Positions 1 through 8,759 of a DNA stretch of 64,000 bases are shown here, in pieces. Under the pieces are notes generated by a model, which saw only the letters and a program-made list of their open reading frames with translations, ran no database searches and had not been told where the DNA came from. A program made the translations under genes and the position numbers. Positions within the stretch are counted from its first letter, which is position 1; each line of letters starts with the position of its first letter. This DNA is from Nitrospiraceae bacterium (GTDB lineage Bacteria > Nitrospirota > Nitrospiria > Nitrospirales > Nitrospiraceae): NCBI GenBank assembly GCA_050246315.1, contig JBFWWG010000013.1:40366-104365 (forward strand). The letters run 5' to 3'.

Positions 1-999
1 GCCGACTGGGGCGATGAACAATTGCTGGATCTGCGCCTGTGCGATCTGCACCTAGCCCTCAAGACGAGCCAGGTCCGCGAGCAGATCGATCGTCTCCGCA
101 GAGAATTGGCCGCTCACCGGCTTGTCTTCCAGCCCCATTGCTGGCTGTCCAGCGAGTGGTTCAGCCCGGACGGCGTGCCGGGTATCGCCATCCCCTTTTA
201 CCTGGCGCACCCGCGGCTCGCCAAGCTGGAGTTGAACCAGATGCTGGAAGTCGAAGGCGGCACGCCGGAATCCTGCATGCGCATTCTCCGGCACGAGGCC
301 GGACATGCCATTGAAAACGCGTACCGGCTGCGGCGGCGAAACGATCGCCGGCAGTTGTTCGGCAAGTCCTCGACCTCCTATCCGAAATTCTACACACCCA
401 AACCCTACAGCAAGAGTTTCGTGTTGCACCTGGACATGTGGTATGCCCAAAGCCATCCGGACGAGGATTTCGCGGAGACGTTTGCGGTCTGGCTCAATCC
501 GGACTCCCAATGGCGCGAGCGCTATGCCGATTGGCCGGCTCTGAAGAAGCTGGAGTACATGGATGGGATGATGGCGGAGCTGGCCGGACAACCGCCGCTG
601 GTGAGGTCGCGGCTCCAGGTCGATCCGCTCCCACGGCTGCGCAAGACGCTGCGCGACCATTATCGGGATAAGCGCCTCCGGTACGGTCTGGAGCATCCCA
701 CGTTCTACGACCGAGACCTGCGCCGGCTGTTCGCCGACGCCCCGGAGGCTGCGGGGAACAAGAGTGCAGCGACGTTCTTGGCGCAGGTGCGCAAGGAGGT
801 CTGCAGGAAGGTGGCAAGCTGGACCGGCGAATATCGCTACACGATCGACCGGGTCTTGGCCGATATGATCCGCCGGTGCCAGGAACTCAATCTGAGGTTG
901 GCCTTACCGGAAGAGCAGGCGAAGTTGGATTTTGCGGTGCTGTTGACGGTCCAGACCATGAACTATCTGCACAGCGGCCGCCATCGGGTGGCGCTATGA
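1..999 (+). CDS. Putative zinc-binding metallopeptidase (Peptidase_Mx-like), 5' truncated by window
   Basis: Frame is open from base 1; HEAGH (HExxH) motif plus YAQSHPDEDFAETF motif; stop overlaps next start (ATGA, 996-999). Confidence 0.8.
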   Translation, partial: ADWGDEQLLDLRLCDLHLALKTSQVREQIDRLRRELAAHRLVFQPHCWLSSEWFSPDGVPGIAIPFYLAHPRLAKLELNQMLEVEGGTPESCMRILRHEAGHAIENAYRLRRRNDRRQLFGKSSTSYPKFYTPKPYSKSFVLHLDMWYAQSHPDEDFAETFAVWLNPDSQWRERYADWPALKKLEYMDGMMAELAGQPPLVRSRLQVDPLPRLRKTLRDHYRDKRLRYGLEHPTFYDRDLRRLFADAPEAAGNKSAATFLAQVRKEVCRKVASWTGEYRYTIDRVLADMIRRCQELNLRLALPEEQAKLDFAVLLTVQTMNYLHSGRHRVAL

Positions 1000-2045
1000 A
1001 GAAACTCCGCGTGCTGGTCCTGCTGCATGCGGATCTGGTTCCGCCGGAATCGGTTGAGGGGGTTGATCTGTCCGACGCGGAATGGAAGACGGAATACGAT
1101 GTCGTCACCACATTACGGACGTTGGGGCACGAGGTGCGGCCGCTCGGCGTCAGCGATGAGCTGGCCGTGATCCGGCGGGCTGTGGATGAGTGGAAGCCGC
1201 ACATCGCCTTCAATCTGCTGGAGGAATTCAACGGAGTGGCTCTTTACGACCAGAACGTGGTCTCCTATTTGGAACTGCTGCGGGTCCCCTACACGGGATG
1301 CAACCCGCGCGGCTTGATGATTGCGCGCGACAAGGCCCTGGCCAAAAAGATTCTCCACTACCATGCGGTTCCCATCCCGGAATTCTTCACGGCGCCTCCG
1401 GGCCGCACGGTCAAACGGCCCAAGGAGTTGGATTTTCCACTCATTGTGAAGTCGGTGTCCGAGGAGGCGTCCCTGGGCATTGCACAGGCCTCCATCGTCG
1501 AAGACGACGAGAAGTTGCACGAACGCGTGGCGTTCATCCACCAGAGCCTGGGAACCGGAGCCCTCGTGGAACGCTATATCGAAGGCCGCGAACTCTATGT
1601 CGGCGTGCTCGGGAATCGGCGCCTCCACAGCCTTCCGGTGTGGGAACTCCATCTTGACGGGCTCCCTCCCGACGCCAAACGAATCGCGACACAACGGGTG
1701 AAGTGGAGCCGGAAATATCAAAAGAAATATGGGGTGGCATCTGGAGAAGCGAAGGACTTGCCGGACGAAACGACGGAGACGGTGCAACGCCTCGCGAAGA
1801 CCGTCTATCACGTGCTGGGCCTCAGCGGCTACGCCCGAATCGATTTCCGGCTCGATGCCTCGGGGCAGGTGTCGCTGTTGGAAGCGAACCCCAACCCCCA
1901 GATCGCTCAGGGCGAAGATTTGGCCGACTCGGCGGCACACATGGGGTTGGCCTATCCGGCGCTGATCAAACGTATTCTCGACCTGGGCCTGCGCTGGAAG
2001 CCCGCGGTCAGCCTTTCGGACCGGAACGTCAGCGGGTCGTCCTAA
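996..2045 (+). CDS. D-Ala-D-Ala-ligase-like ATP-grasp protein
   Basis: ELLRVPYTG, DKALAKKIL, FPLIVKS..EEASLGI, LVERYIEGRE, YARIDFR, LEANPNP motifs; lacks the GGxSxE N-terminal motif of true Ddl. Confidence 0.85.
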   Translation: MKKLRVLVLLHADLVPPESVEGVDLSDAEWKTEYDVVTTLRTLGHEVRPLGVSDELAVIRRAVDEWKPHIAFNLLEEFNGVALYDQNVVSYLELLRVPYTGCNPRGLMIARDKALAKKILHYHAVPIPEFFTAPPGRTVKRPKELDFPLIVKSVSEEASLGIAQASIVEDDEKLHERVAFIHQSLGTGALVERYIEGRELYVGVLGNRRLHSLPVWELHLDGLPPDAKRIATQRVKWSRKYQKKYGVASGEAKDLPDETTETVQRLAKTVYHVLGLSGYARIDFRLDASGQVSLLEANPNPQIAQGEDLADSAAHMGLAYPALIKRILDLGLRWKPAVSLSDRNVSGSS

Positions 2046-2069
2046 CAGGATGTTGAGAAAGTCCGCTGG
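2042..2069 (+). repeat. Solo MITE/IS-like terminal repeat
   Basis: CTAACAGGATGTTGAGAAAG matches the reverse complement of 30350-30369 at 16/20 and resembles the ends of the 6691-6830 element. Confidence 0.55.
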
Positions 2070-2380
2070 CTTTCTTGGGGAACGCATTGCCGCTCCATAT
2101 TGGTGCAATGAGGCTCACCCTGAAGAGGATTCTCTGTCCGCCAACGTTGATATCGGATCAGGTCTTGCCACAACACTTGAATCGCAATTGCCAAGCACGC
2201 AGTAAGATCCTCTCCTTCCTTCTGGTCCGTCCGAAGCGGACCTGGAGGGCAAGAAGAACCAATGATGCAACGATCGGTCGACCAATTAGATGGCCTATGA
2301 CTCAATACGAGGGCTTGATTTGTGTTGGAACTATTGGCAAGATAGTTCGCGTGCCGATTCGTCGATTTGAAATGTAGTAG

Positions 2381-3760
2381 ATGATGTTGGCTTTGCGGTT
2401 GCGTCCTAGTTTATTTGCCGTACTCTCGATTCTCTGTCTCGCGGGTCAACCAGCGGTAGCCTGGGCCCAGTACGGGAAAGCCACGGCGAAGAACAGCTCC
2501 TCGGATCGTCCTCGAGCTTCCAGTCCCCAAATCATTCCTCAAAAGACAAAGCCCGGCGTACACGCCGGTGAAGCCGAGAGCCTTTATTACGCCGGGGTTG
2601 CGCTCCATGCGAAGGGCAACTACGCGGAGGCCGTGGAGAAATTCAAGGCGGCGCTCCAGAAACGGGAGGACTTTCCCGAGGCTCGCCACGCCATGGGACT
2701 TTCTCTGGCTGCGCAGGGCGAGTTGGACGACGCCATCGAGGAATATCGAGCCGCGCTGAATGCGCAACCCGAATTCGCCGCCATTCACAACAACCTCGGC
2801 GTAACCCTCAGTGAGAAGGGGCGGCTTGACGAGGCCATCGAAGCCTATCGCCATGCTATTCGATTGCAACCCGGGAACGCCGCTCCCCATCACAATCTCG
2901 CCATGGCCTTGGAGGCGAAGGGCGATCTGGACGGGGCGATCGAAGAATATCGTGAGACCCTGCGCCTGCAGCCAGACAACTCCACCGCCCACAACAATCT
3001 GGGCCTGGTGTTGCAGCGAAAGGGTTTGGTCGACGAGGCGATCGGGGAGTACCGCGCGGCGTTACGGCTTCAGACCGGGCCCGCGGCCGCCTTGTACAGC
3101 CTGAACCTGAGCGCCGCCCTCCTGGCGAAGGGAGAACTCGACGGTGCGATCGGCTCCGGACGTGCGGCCGTCCGTCTGCAGCCCCAGAATGCCAATGCCC
3201 ATTACAACCTTGGGTTGGCGCTGAAGGCCAAGGGCGAGTTCGACGGGGCTCTGGCGACGTTTCGCGAGGTATTGAAACTGGATCCCGGACAGGGGGCGGC
3301 GCATTACGACGTGGCGCAGTTGCTCGACCGAACCGGTGACAGCGATGGAGCCATTGCCGAGTATCGCGCCATGTTGGCCTACCGGCCGACCCATGCTCCC
3401 TCGCAGGAGGCCTTGGGGCTTCTGTTGCAACAGAAGGGCGATTACGACGGAGCGATTACCGCCTACCGTGCGGCCTTACAGGCGGCGCCGAAGAGCGTGA
3501 CCGCTCAGAATAATCTCGGGGTGGCGTTGTTGAGCAAGGGGCAGGTCAACGAGGCGTTGACGGCCTTTCGCGCGGCGACCTCGCTGCAGCCCAACGATCC
3601 CGTCGCCTATTACAACCTGGGTGAGGCTTTCAGCGCTCAGAATCAGCGCAACGAGGCGATTCAGTTCTTCCGCAGGTACGTAACGCTGGCCGAAGCCCAG
3701 CCGGATCATCGTGAAAGGATCGAAGCGGTGCGGAAGCAACTTTCGTCGTTGGAACGATAG
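2381..3760 (+). CDS. Secreted tetratricopeptide repeat protein
   Basis: Signal peptide (AVAWA-Q) followed by ~11 TPR units (AHNNLG..L...G..DEAI..YR.AL..QP). Confidence 0.9.
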   Translation: MMLALRLRPSLFAVLSILCLAGQPAVAWAQYGKATAKNSSSDRPRASSPQIIPQKTKPGVHAGEAESLYYAGVALHAKGNYAEAVEKFKAALQKREDFPEARHAMGLSLAAQGELDDAIEEYRAALNAQPEFAAIHNNLGVTLSEKGRLDEAIEAYRHAIRLQPGNAAPHHNLAMALEAKGDLDGAIEEYRETLRLQPDNSTAHNNLGLVLQRKGLVDEAIGEYRAALRLQTGPAAALYSLNLSAALLAKGELDGAIGSGRAAVRLQPQNANAHYNLGLALKAKGEFDGALATFREVLKLDPGQGAAHYDVAQLLDRTGDSDGAIAEYRAMLAYRPTHAPSQEALGLLLQQKGDYDGAITAYRAALQAAPKSVTAQNNLGVALLSKGQVNEALTAFRAATSLQPNDPVAYYNLGEAFSAQNQRNEAIQFFRRYVTLAEAQPDHRERIEAVRKQLSSLER

Positions 3761-3767
3761 TCTCCGG

Positions 3768-5021
3768 ATGAGGGAACGTGGGTCGCTGTCGTCTCTTCGG
3801 TGCGCAGGGCTCAGTGCGGTGGCGCTCGGTCTCCTGTGCCTCTTGTCGGCGGGCTGTCTCTCGCCGATCGCGCTGCACCAGGCCGTCCTCGAATATGATC
3901 GAGCGGTGGGACGGGTCGAAGCCGAAATGCTCCTCCTCAACATCGCCCGTTCCCGCCATTTCCTTCCGCAGCACTTTACCGGCGTCTCCAGCGTGGCGGC
4001 GACGTTCGAATTCCAGGCAAACGCCGGATTAACGAGCACGGTCGTCACGCCCGGACCGGACGCCGTTGGTCTCTCGTTCGGCGGCAGCATGGCCGAACGC
4101 CCGACGATCACGATCGTGCCGATTCAGGGCGAAGAATTCACCAGCCGCATCCTCACGCCCTTCGACGAAGGCCGCGTGATGTTCATGTTTCAGCAGGGCG
4201 TCGAACCGGCGATCATTCTGCGCCTGATGGTGAGCGAGATCCAAGCCAGCGGGTACGGGGAGTCCGCGTCGTACCGCAACATGCCCTATTTCGAGGACGA
4301 GTATCGGGAGTTTCGTCGGCGCATCATGCACCTTTCGTCGTTGAACCTCTCGCGGGATTTGCGAGTCACGTCGTTGATTTTCGAGCAGACCGTGGCGCTA
4401 CCGCTCTCCGCGCGTTCGGGATCGGGAGATGTGGTTCGAGGGCTCGACAAGATCATCGACGCCATGGACCGTGGGTATGCCATCGGCGATGTCAGCGAAG
4501 AGCCTTCTCTGACCGTGCGGCGTCGGGTCACGGGGCGGACAGTCATTACGAATTACGACCCCTTGCAATTGCCGAATGAGGAGCGCCGTCTGTTGCACGA
4601 AGAGGCACAACGATATCCTCGGAACTATATCCTTGTTGACATCCGGCCGGATGGTCCGGGCGGAGACTATCCCCTGCACGGGGTCCTGGTCATCCGGAGC
4701 TTCACCAATATCATGCGCTTCCTCGCGAACGGCATCGCCATCGATCGCGAATACCAAGTCGAGCCCGACGAACGCACGGGCGAAGTCGCGTTCAATGCCG
4801 AGCAGACGCTTGAAATCGTCGAGAGCGATTCCCGACCGGACCATGCCGCCTTTGCCGTGAAGTTCGAAGGCCGCTGGTACTCGATCGTCAAGGCGTCCAG
4901 AGACGACGGTAGGATTGAGCCCTGGAATCTCGGCACGTTCCGCATATTGGCGCAGCTATATCAGATGACCGTCACGGATATTTCAAAGACTGCCACCCCC
5001 GCGATCACCATCGCGAAGTAA
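3768..5021 (+). CDS. Hypothetical lipoprotein
   Basis: Hydrophobic stretch with lipobox LSAGC; long ORF starting 7 nt after the TPR gene. Confidence 0.7.
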   Translation: MRERGSLSSLRCAGLSAVALGLLCLLSAGCLSPIALHQAVLEYDRAVGRVEAEMLLLNIARSRHFLPQHFTGVSSVAATFEFQANAGLTSTVVTPGPDAVGLSFGGSMAERPTITIVPIQGEEFTSRILTPFDEGRVMFMFQQGVEPAIILRLMVSEIQASGYGESASYRNMPYFEDEYREFRRRIMHLSSLNLSRDLRVTSLIFEQTVALPLSARSGSGDVVRGLDKIIDAMDRGYAIGDVSEEPSLTVRRRVTGRTVITNYDPLQLPNEERRLLHEEAQRYPRNYILVDIRPDGPGGDYPLHGVLVIRSFTNIMRFLANGIAIDREYQVEPDERTGEVAFNAEQTLEIVESDSRPDHAAFAVKFEGRWYSIVKASRDDGRIEPWNLGTFRILAQLYQMTVTDISKTATPAITIAK

Positions 5022-5206
5022 GCCGTTCCGTTGCGTGCATCGTCGGGGCTCCGCCGCTACGATGGCCGAGACCGTTCATGCTCAAGCCGAGCGCATCCGA
5101 CGAGTAGACCCCAAAATGTTACGGCTATCTTTCCGGTGCTCCAGCTTCAGCCGTTCGAGAACGAGTCCTACGCCAGCCACCGAGTGGGCCAGATCCAGCA
5201 GGGGCC

Positions 5207-6120
5207 TCACCGCTCGGGCGTGACCGCCACGAACTGTTTGCGATAGCCGACGACCTTGGTGAGATGCTGGCGGGTCTCGTCGTAGGGCAGCGAGGCGCGC
5301 AAACGCTCGTAGAGGGCCGGCGGTTCCATCGCGTGGATTTCATTGATCGCCGTCGCTTGTTTCTTGGAGAGTGTCTTGAGCACGTTCCCCGGGCCGGTGT
5401 TATGCGCCGAGATCACGCAATAGTCCCGCGAGACGAGGTTGGAGACCCCCGCCAACTCGTTCCAATTCAGCACATTCAGGTACGCACGTACGCCGTGCTC
5501 AGTTCGATGATACGCTCGGGATCGAACAGGTAATCCGGAGTGGGCGTCCGATCGCTCCCCTTGGCGCGCTTGTAGGCCTCGCGGCCGTCGCTGCTCGGCA
5601 CCAGTTGCATCAGGCCGTAAGCGGGCGCGGACCTGACCGCAAAGGGGTTGAAATTGCTCTCGGTGCGAATGATGGCGTAGATCAGGCCGGGACTGATCTT
5701 GTACTGTTCCGCGTAGCGCTTCACGAAGGTGCGGTACCGCTCGGCTTTTCTCGACTCGATATTCGACACCATCGACACCTTCACGCAATGGGCCTGTTTA
5801 CTCCCTTCCTCGGTCCGCACCATGCGGGTCTTCATCTGTGTCCGAGCCAGTGAGGTTGCGAACCGTTCCGGTTGTTCCCGCGTCTGTCCCGGCTTCGCGT
5901 CGACGTCTAGAATCAAGCCATAGAGATTGACCTGTCGCGCATCGGCCAACGCCACATCTTTATCGGAGAACAGATCCTTGCCGATTTGACTCGCGTCGCG
6001 CGACATCGTGGATTCAATGCTTTTCGTTTCGAACGGCTTTCCTGTGGCCACCCGGTCGATCGCCTTTCCCACATGTCGCATGATTTCGCCACTGCCGCTC
6101 ACTAACAGCATCACGACCAA
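5207..6120 (-). pseudogene. Frameshifted MltC-like murein transglycosylase (SLT domain)
   Basis: IIRTESNFNPFAVRSAPAYGLMQLVP in one frame continues as AYLNVL..SAHNTGPGNV..ETRQHLTKV in another; frameshift at an 8-bp near-duplication, 5478-5493. Confidence 0.8.
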
Positions 6121-6690
6121 CCCGGCCCTTGGGCGCGCGTGGCCTGCATGGCTTCCACGCGCTCATGTGTCCATCCGAGCCGACGCAGTCCATTGCGGGA
6201 GTCGGATCGCGGTTCCCGTATCCGGCGCTGATTTCAGCAGGATAAGCCGGTCGCCGATTTCGGGTGTCGGTCCGAGCCGAAGGTCGGCCGGCGAGACGAC
6301 CGGCTGCACCATCGAACGAGGCTGCCTCATCAACTTCATCCCAGCGAACGGCAATGGCGGGGATGGGGCCACGAGGCTGAGGCGATGGATGTCAGGCCGG
6401 ACCAGTTCTCCAAGAGGACCGGTCTGCAACCGGGCTCCTTCCTCCGGTATCGGAGATCGCCAAGGACCAGGGAGGGATTGCCGGGAGCCGCTTGGACGCG
6501 ACCCGTCGGTCGGACCGGCCTCCTTCGGTCGGAGCGTACCAAGTCAGACAACCTCCCCTGGTTGGCCCCTCGCGAAATCACCATTGTGTCTGGCGCCTAC
6601 ATTCCGGATAATCATTGGGCCGTTGACTTCGTAGGCTCGCGTCCACGGCGGGCTTTCAGGAGGCGGGCCATCTGCCGATTGCGGTAGGCC

Positions 6691-6830
6691 TCAGCAGGAT
6701 GCGGAAAAACCCTGCGTTCATCCTTCGAGGGCCTCAGGACGAACGGACCAGTCATCGAATATACTGGTGTTTTCCGATCATGCTGAGACCTGTCGAAGCA
6801 CACTGATCGAGTTTTTCCACAGCCTGCCAG
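6691..6830. mobile_element. ~140 bp MITE/REP-like palindromic element
   Basis: Terminal inverted repeats 6694-6710 and 6811-6827 (15/17), with nested inverted repeat CTTCGAGGGCCTCAGGACGAACGGA / TCCGATCATGCTGAGACCTGTCGAAG. Confidence 0.75.
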
Positions 6831-6840
6831 AAGAGGAGGT

Positions 6841-7173
6841 GTGGAGATGGGGAGAGGCAGCGATGGAGCGGGGAAGCCTCGCTCTGTATCGAAGAAGCGG
6901 CCGCGTGCCGCCACCAAGCTCGTGTCATTCGAGCATTTCGCGCCAGCGGCCCGCGTCGTGACCCTGGTCGGAGATTTCAATGAGTGGGATGTGTCCAAAC
7001 ATCCGATGAAGCTGGGGGTGGGCGGCCAGTGGCAGGTTGCCGTTCGTCTCAAGCCGGGAACCTACCAGTACAAATTCGTGGTGGACGGTGATCGGTGGGA
7101 GGATGATGCTGCGAATCCGAACAAGGTCGTCAACGAGCACGGAACGACCAACTCCTTGTGCGAAGTGCCGTAA
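6841..7173 (+). CDS. Stand-alone glycogen-binding (CBM48/AMPK-beta-like) protein
   Basis: APAARVVTLVGDFNEW, LKPGTYQYKFVVDG.W..D..NP..V.NEHGTTNS; SD AGAGGAGG upstream. Confidence 0.85.
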   Translation: MEMGRGSDGAGKPRSVSKKRPRAATKLVSFEHFAPAARVVTLVGDFNEWDVSKHPMKLGVGGQWQVAVRLKPGTYQYKFVVDGDRWEDDAANPNKVVNEHGTTNSLCEVP

Positions 7174-7267
7174 GGGCCGGCTCCTCCGGTTGGGCGGATG
7201 CATGGGGGGCGAGCGTCGCTCGCAGAGAGCACATGGGAGGAATAGGGTTGAGGGGACGACTGCGGGC

Positions 7268-7468
7268 ATGGCGGGTTCCACGACGCGAGTGGCCCGTCGA
7301 AAGGAGCGGAGCCGGCGGGTGCTCATGGAAGTGGGTCCGACGTGGTTCGATGAGAAGAGTATCGACTGGACCAAGATCGAGGACATCACGGAGCAGGCCG
7401 ACGGGGTCAGGCAACGGGGAGGCAAGCTCGCTGCGCAAATACAGGAGAGTTTGAAGGTGCGGTGGTAG
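7268..7468 (+). CDS. Small hypothetical protein (66 aa)
   Basis: ATG preceded by GAGGGG; fills the gap between the CBM48 gene and glgC. Confidence 0.45.
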   Translation: MAGSTTRVARRKERSRRVLMEVGPTWFDEKSIDWTKIEDITEQADGVRQRGGKLAAQIQESLKVRW

Positions 7469-7494
7469 GGCGGATGACGAAAGGAACCGATGAC

Positions 7495-8745
7495 ATGAGC
7501 CAAACAGGACGGCAGCCGCGGGTCCTCGCCATGATCATGGCGGGAGGCAAGGGCGAGCGCCTCATGCCCTTGACCGAGCAGCGCAGCAAGCCGGCGGTGC
7601 CGTTCGGCGGCAAATACCGAATTGTGGACTTCGTGCTGAGCAACTTCCTGAATTCCGGCGTGATGTCGATGTATGTGCTGGTGCAGTACCGGTCGCAGTC
7701 GCTGATCGAGCATTTGCGCCGGGCCTGGCGGATCGGCGGACGCATCAAGCGACAATTCATCACCGTGGTTCCCCCGCAGATGAAGGCCGGCGGCGGGTGG
7801 TACGAAGGGACGGCCGACGCGGTGTTTCACAATCTGAACCTTATCGAGGACTTCGCCCCGGATCTCGTGGCCGTGTTCGGCGCCGATCACATCTATCGCA
7901 TGGACATCGCCCGGATGGTGCGGTTTCATCAAGAGCGGGGCGCCGAGGTTACCGTGGCGGCGAGGCCTGTACCGGTCCAGGCGGCCAAGGGATTCGGGAT
8001 CATTGAGGCCGACCACAATGGGCGTATCCTCGGATTCGATGAAAAACCGAAACATCCCAAGCCGATGCCGGGGGACTCCGAACAGGCGTTCTCATCGATG
8101 GGCAACTATATTTTCAACGCGGATGTGTTGCTCAGGGTGTTACAAGAGGATGCGGCAAGAACGGGTTCGCACGATTTCGGACGGGATATCATCCCCTCCC
8201 TGATCGGCCACACCCGACTGGTCGCCTACAATTTCATGGACGACGACGTGCCCGGACTCAAACCGTACGAAGAACGGGGGTACTGGCGTGACGTGGGCAC
8301 GCTCGATGCCTATTGGCAGGCCCACATGGACATCCTGGGCGAATGCCCCATCTTCGATCTGCGAAACGGCGAATGGCCGATTTTGACCGATACCTTCGAC
8401 GGTCCGACCGTGAGTGTTGCCAAGGCCAGTATCGAAGACTCGATGATCGGGCAGGGCGGCCAGATTATCGACGCGGAAATTCGGCGGTCGGTCATCGGGC
8501 GGAATGTGCGGATCGAGCCCGGGGCCCGTCTCGACGAGTGCGTCGTGCTGGATGGGACGGTGATCGGAGCTAAATCGAGGCTGCGTCGCGTCATCATCGA
8601 TCGCTTTAACGTGATTCCGGCGGCCTCGGAAATCGGCGGCGATGCGAAGGAGGATCGGCAGCGCTATCAGGTCACCAAGTCGGGACTTGTCGTTCTCCCG
8701 CGGGGGCGTGCGGCGCGTGTCGCTTCGGTGCTCGCGGGACGGTAG
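7495..8745 (+). CDS. glgC: Glucose-1-phosphate adenylyltransferase
   Basis: MAGGKGERLMPLT..RSKPAVPFGGKYRIVDF, WYEGTADAV, GADHIYRMD, YWRDVGT motifs. Confidence 0.97.
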   Translation: MSQTGRQPRVLAMIMAGGKGERLMPLTEQRSKPAVPFGGKYRIVDFVLSNFLNSGVMSMYVLVQYRSQSLIEHLRRAWRIGGRIKRQFITVVPPQMKAGGGWYEGTADAVFHNLNLIEDFAPDLVAVFGADHIYRMDIARMVRFHQERGAEVTVAARPVPVQAAKGFGIIEADHNGRILGFDEKPKHPKPMPGDSEQAFSSMGNYIFNADVLLRVLQEDAARTGSHDFGRDIIPSLIGHTRLVAYNFMDDDVPGLKPYEERGYWRDVGTLDAYWQAHMDILGECPIFDLRNGEWPILTDTFDGPTVSVAKASIEDSMIGQGGQIIDAEIRRSVIGRNVRIEPGARLDECVVLDGTVIGAKSRLRRVIIDRFNVIPAASEIGGDAKEDRQRYQVTKSGLVVLPRGRAARVASVLAGR

Positions 8746-8759
8746 CGACAACAAGAGGC

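Noticed and set aside
996..2045. Naming this gene ddl
   Set aside because: N-terminal D-Ala-binding motifs and cell-wall gene context are absent.
2147..2161. TTGATATCGGATCAG as an FNR box
   Set aside because: Spacing is off by one and the second half-site is imperfect.
2560..3640. ~102-bp periodic repeats as a possible CRISPR or DNA repeat array
   Set aside because: They are coding TPR units, degenerate at the DNA level, with no spacer structure.
6163..6690. Several short Pro/Arg-rich ORFs upstream of the pseudogene
   Set aside because: No recognisable domain or consistent start signals.
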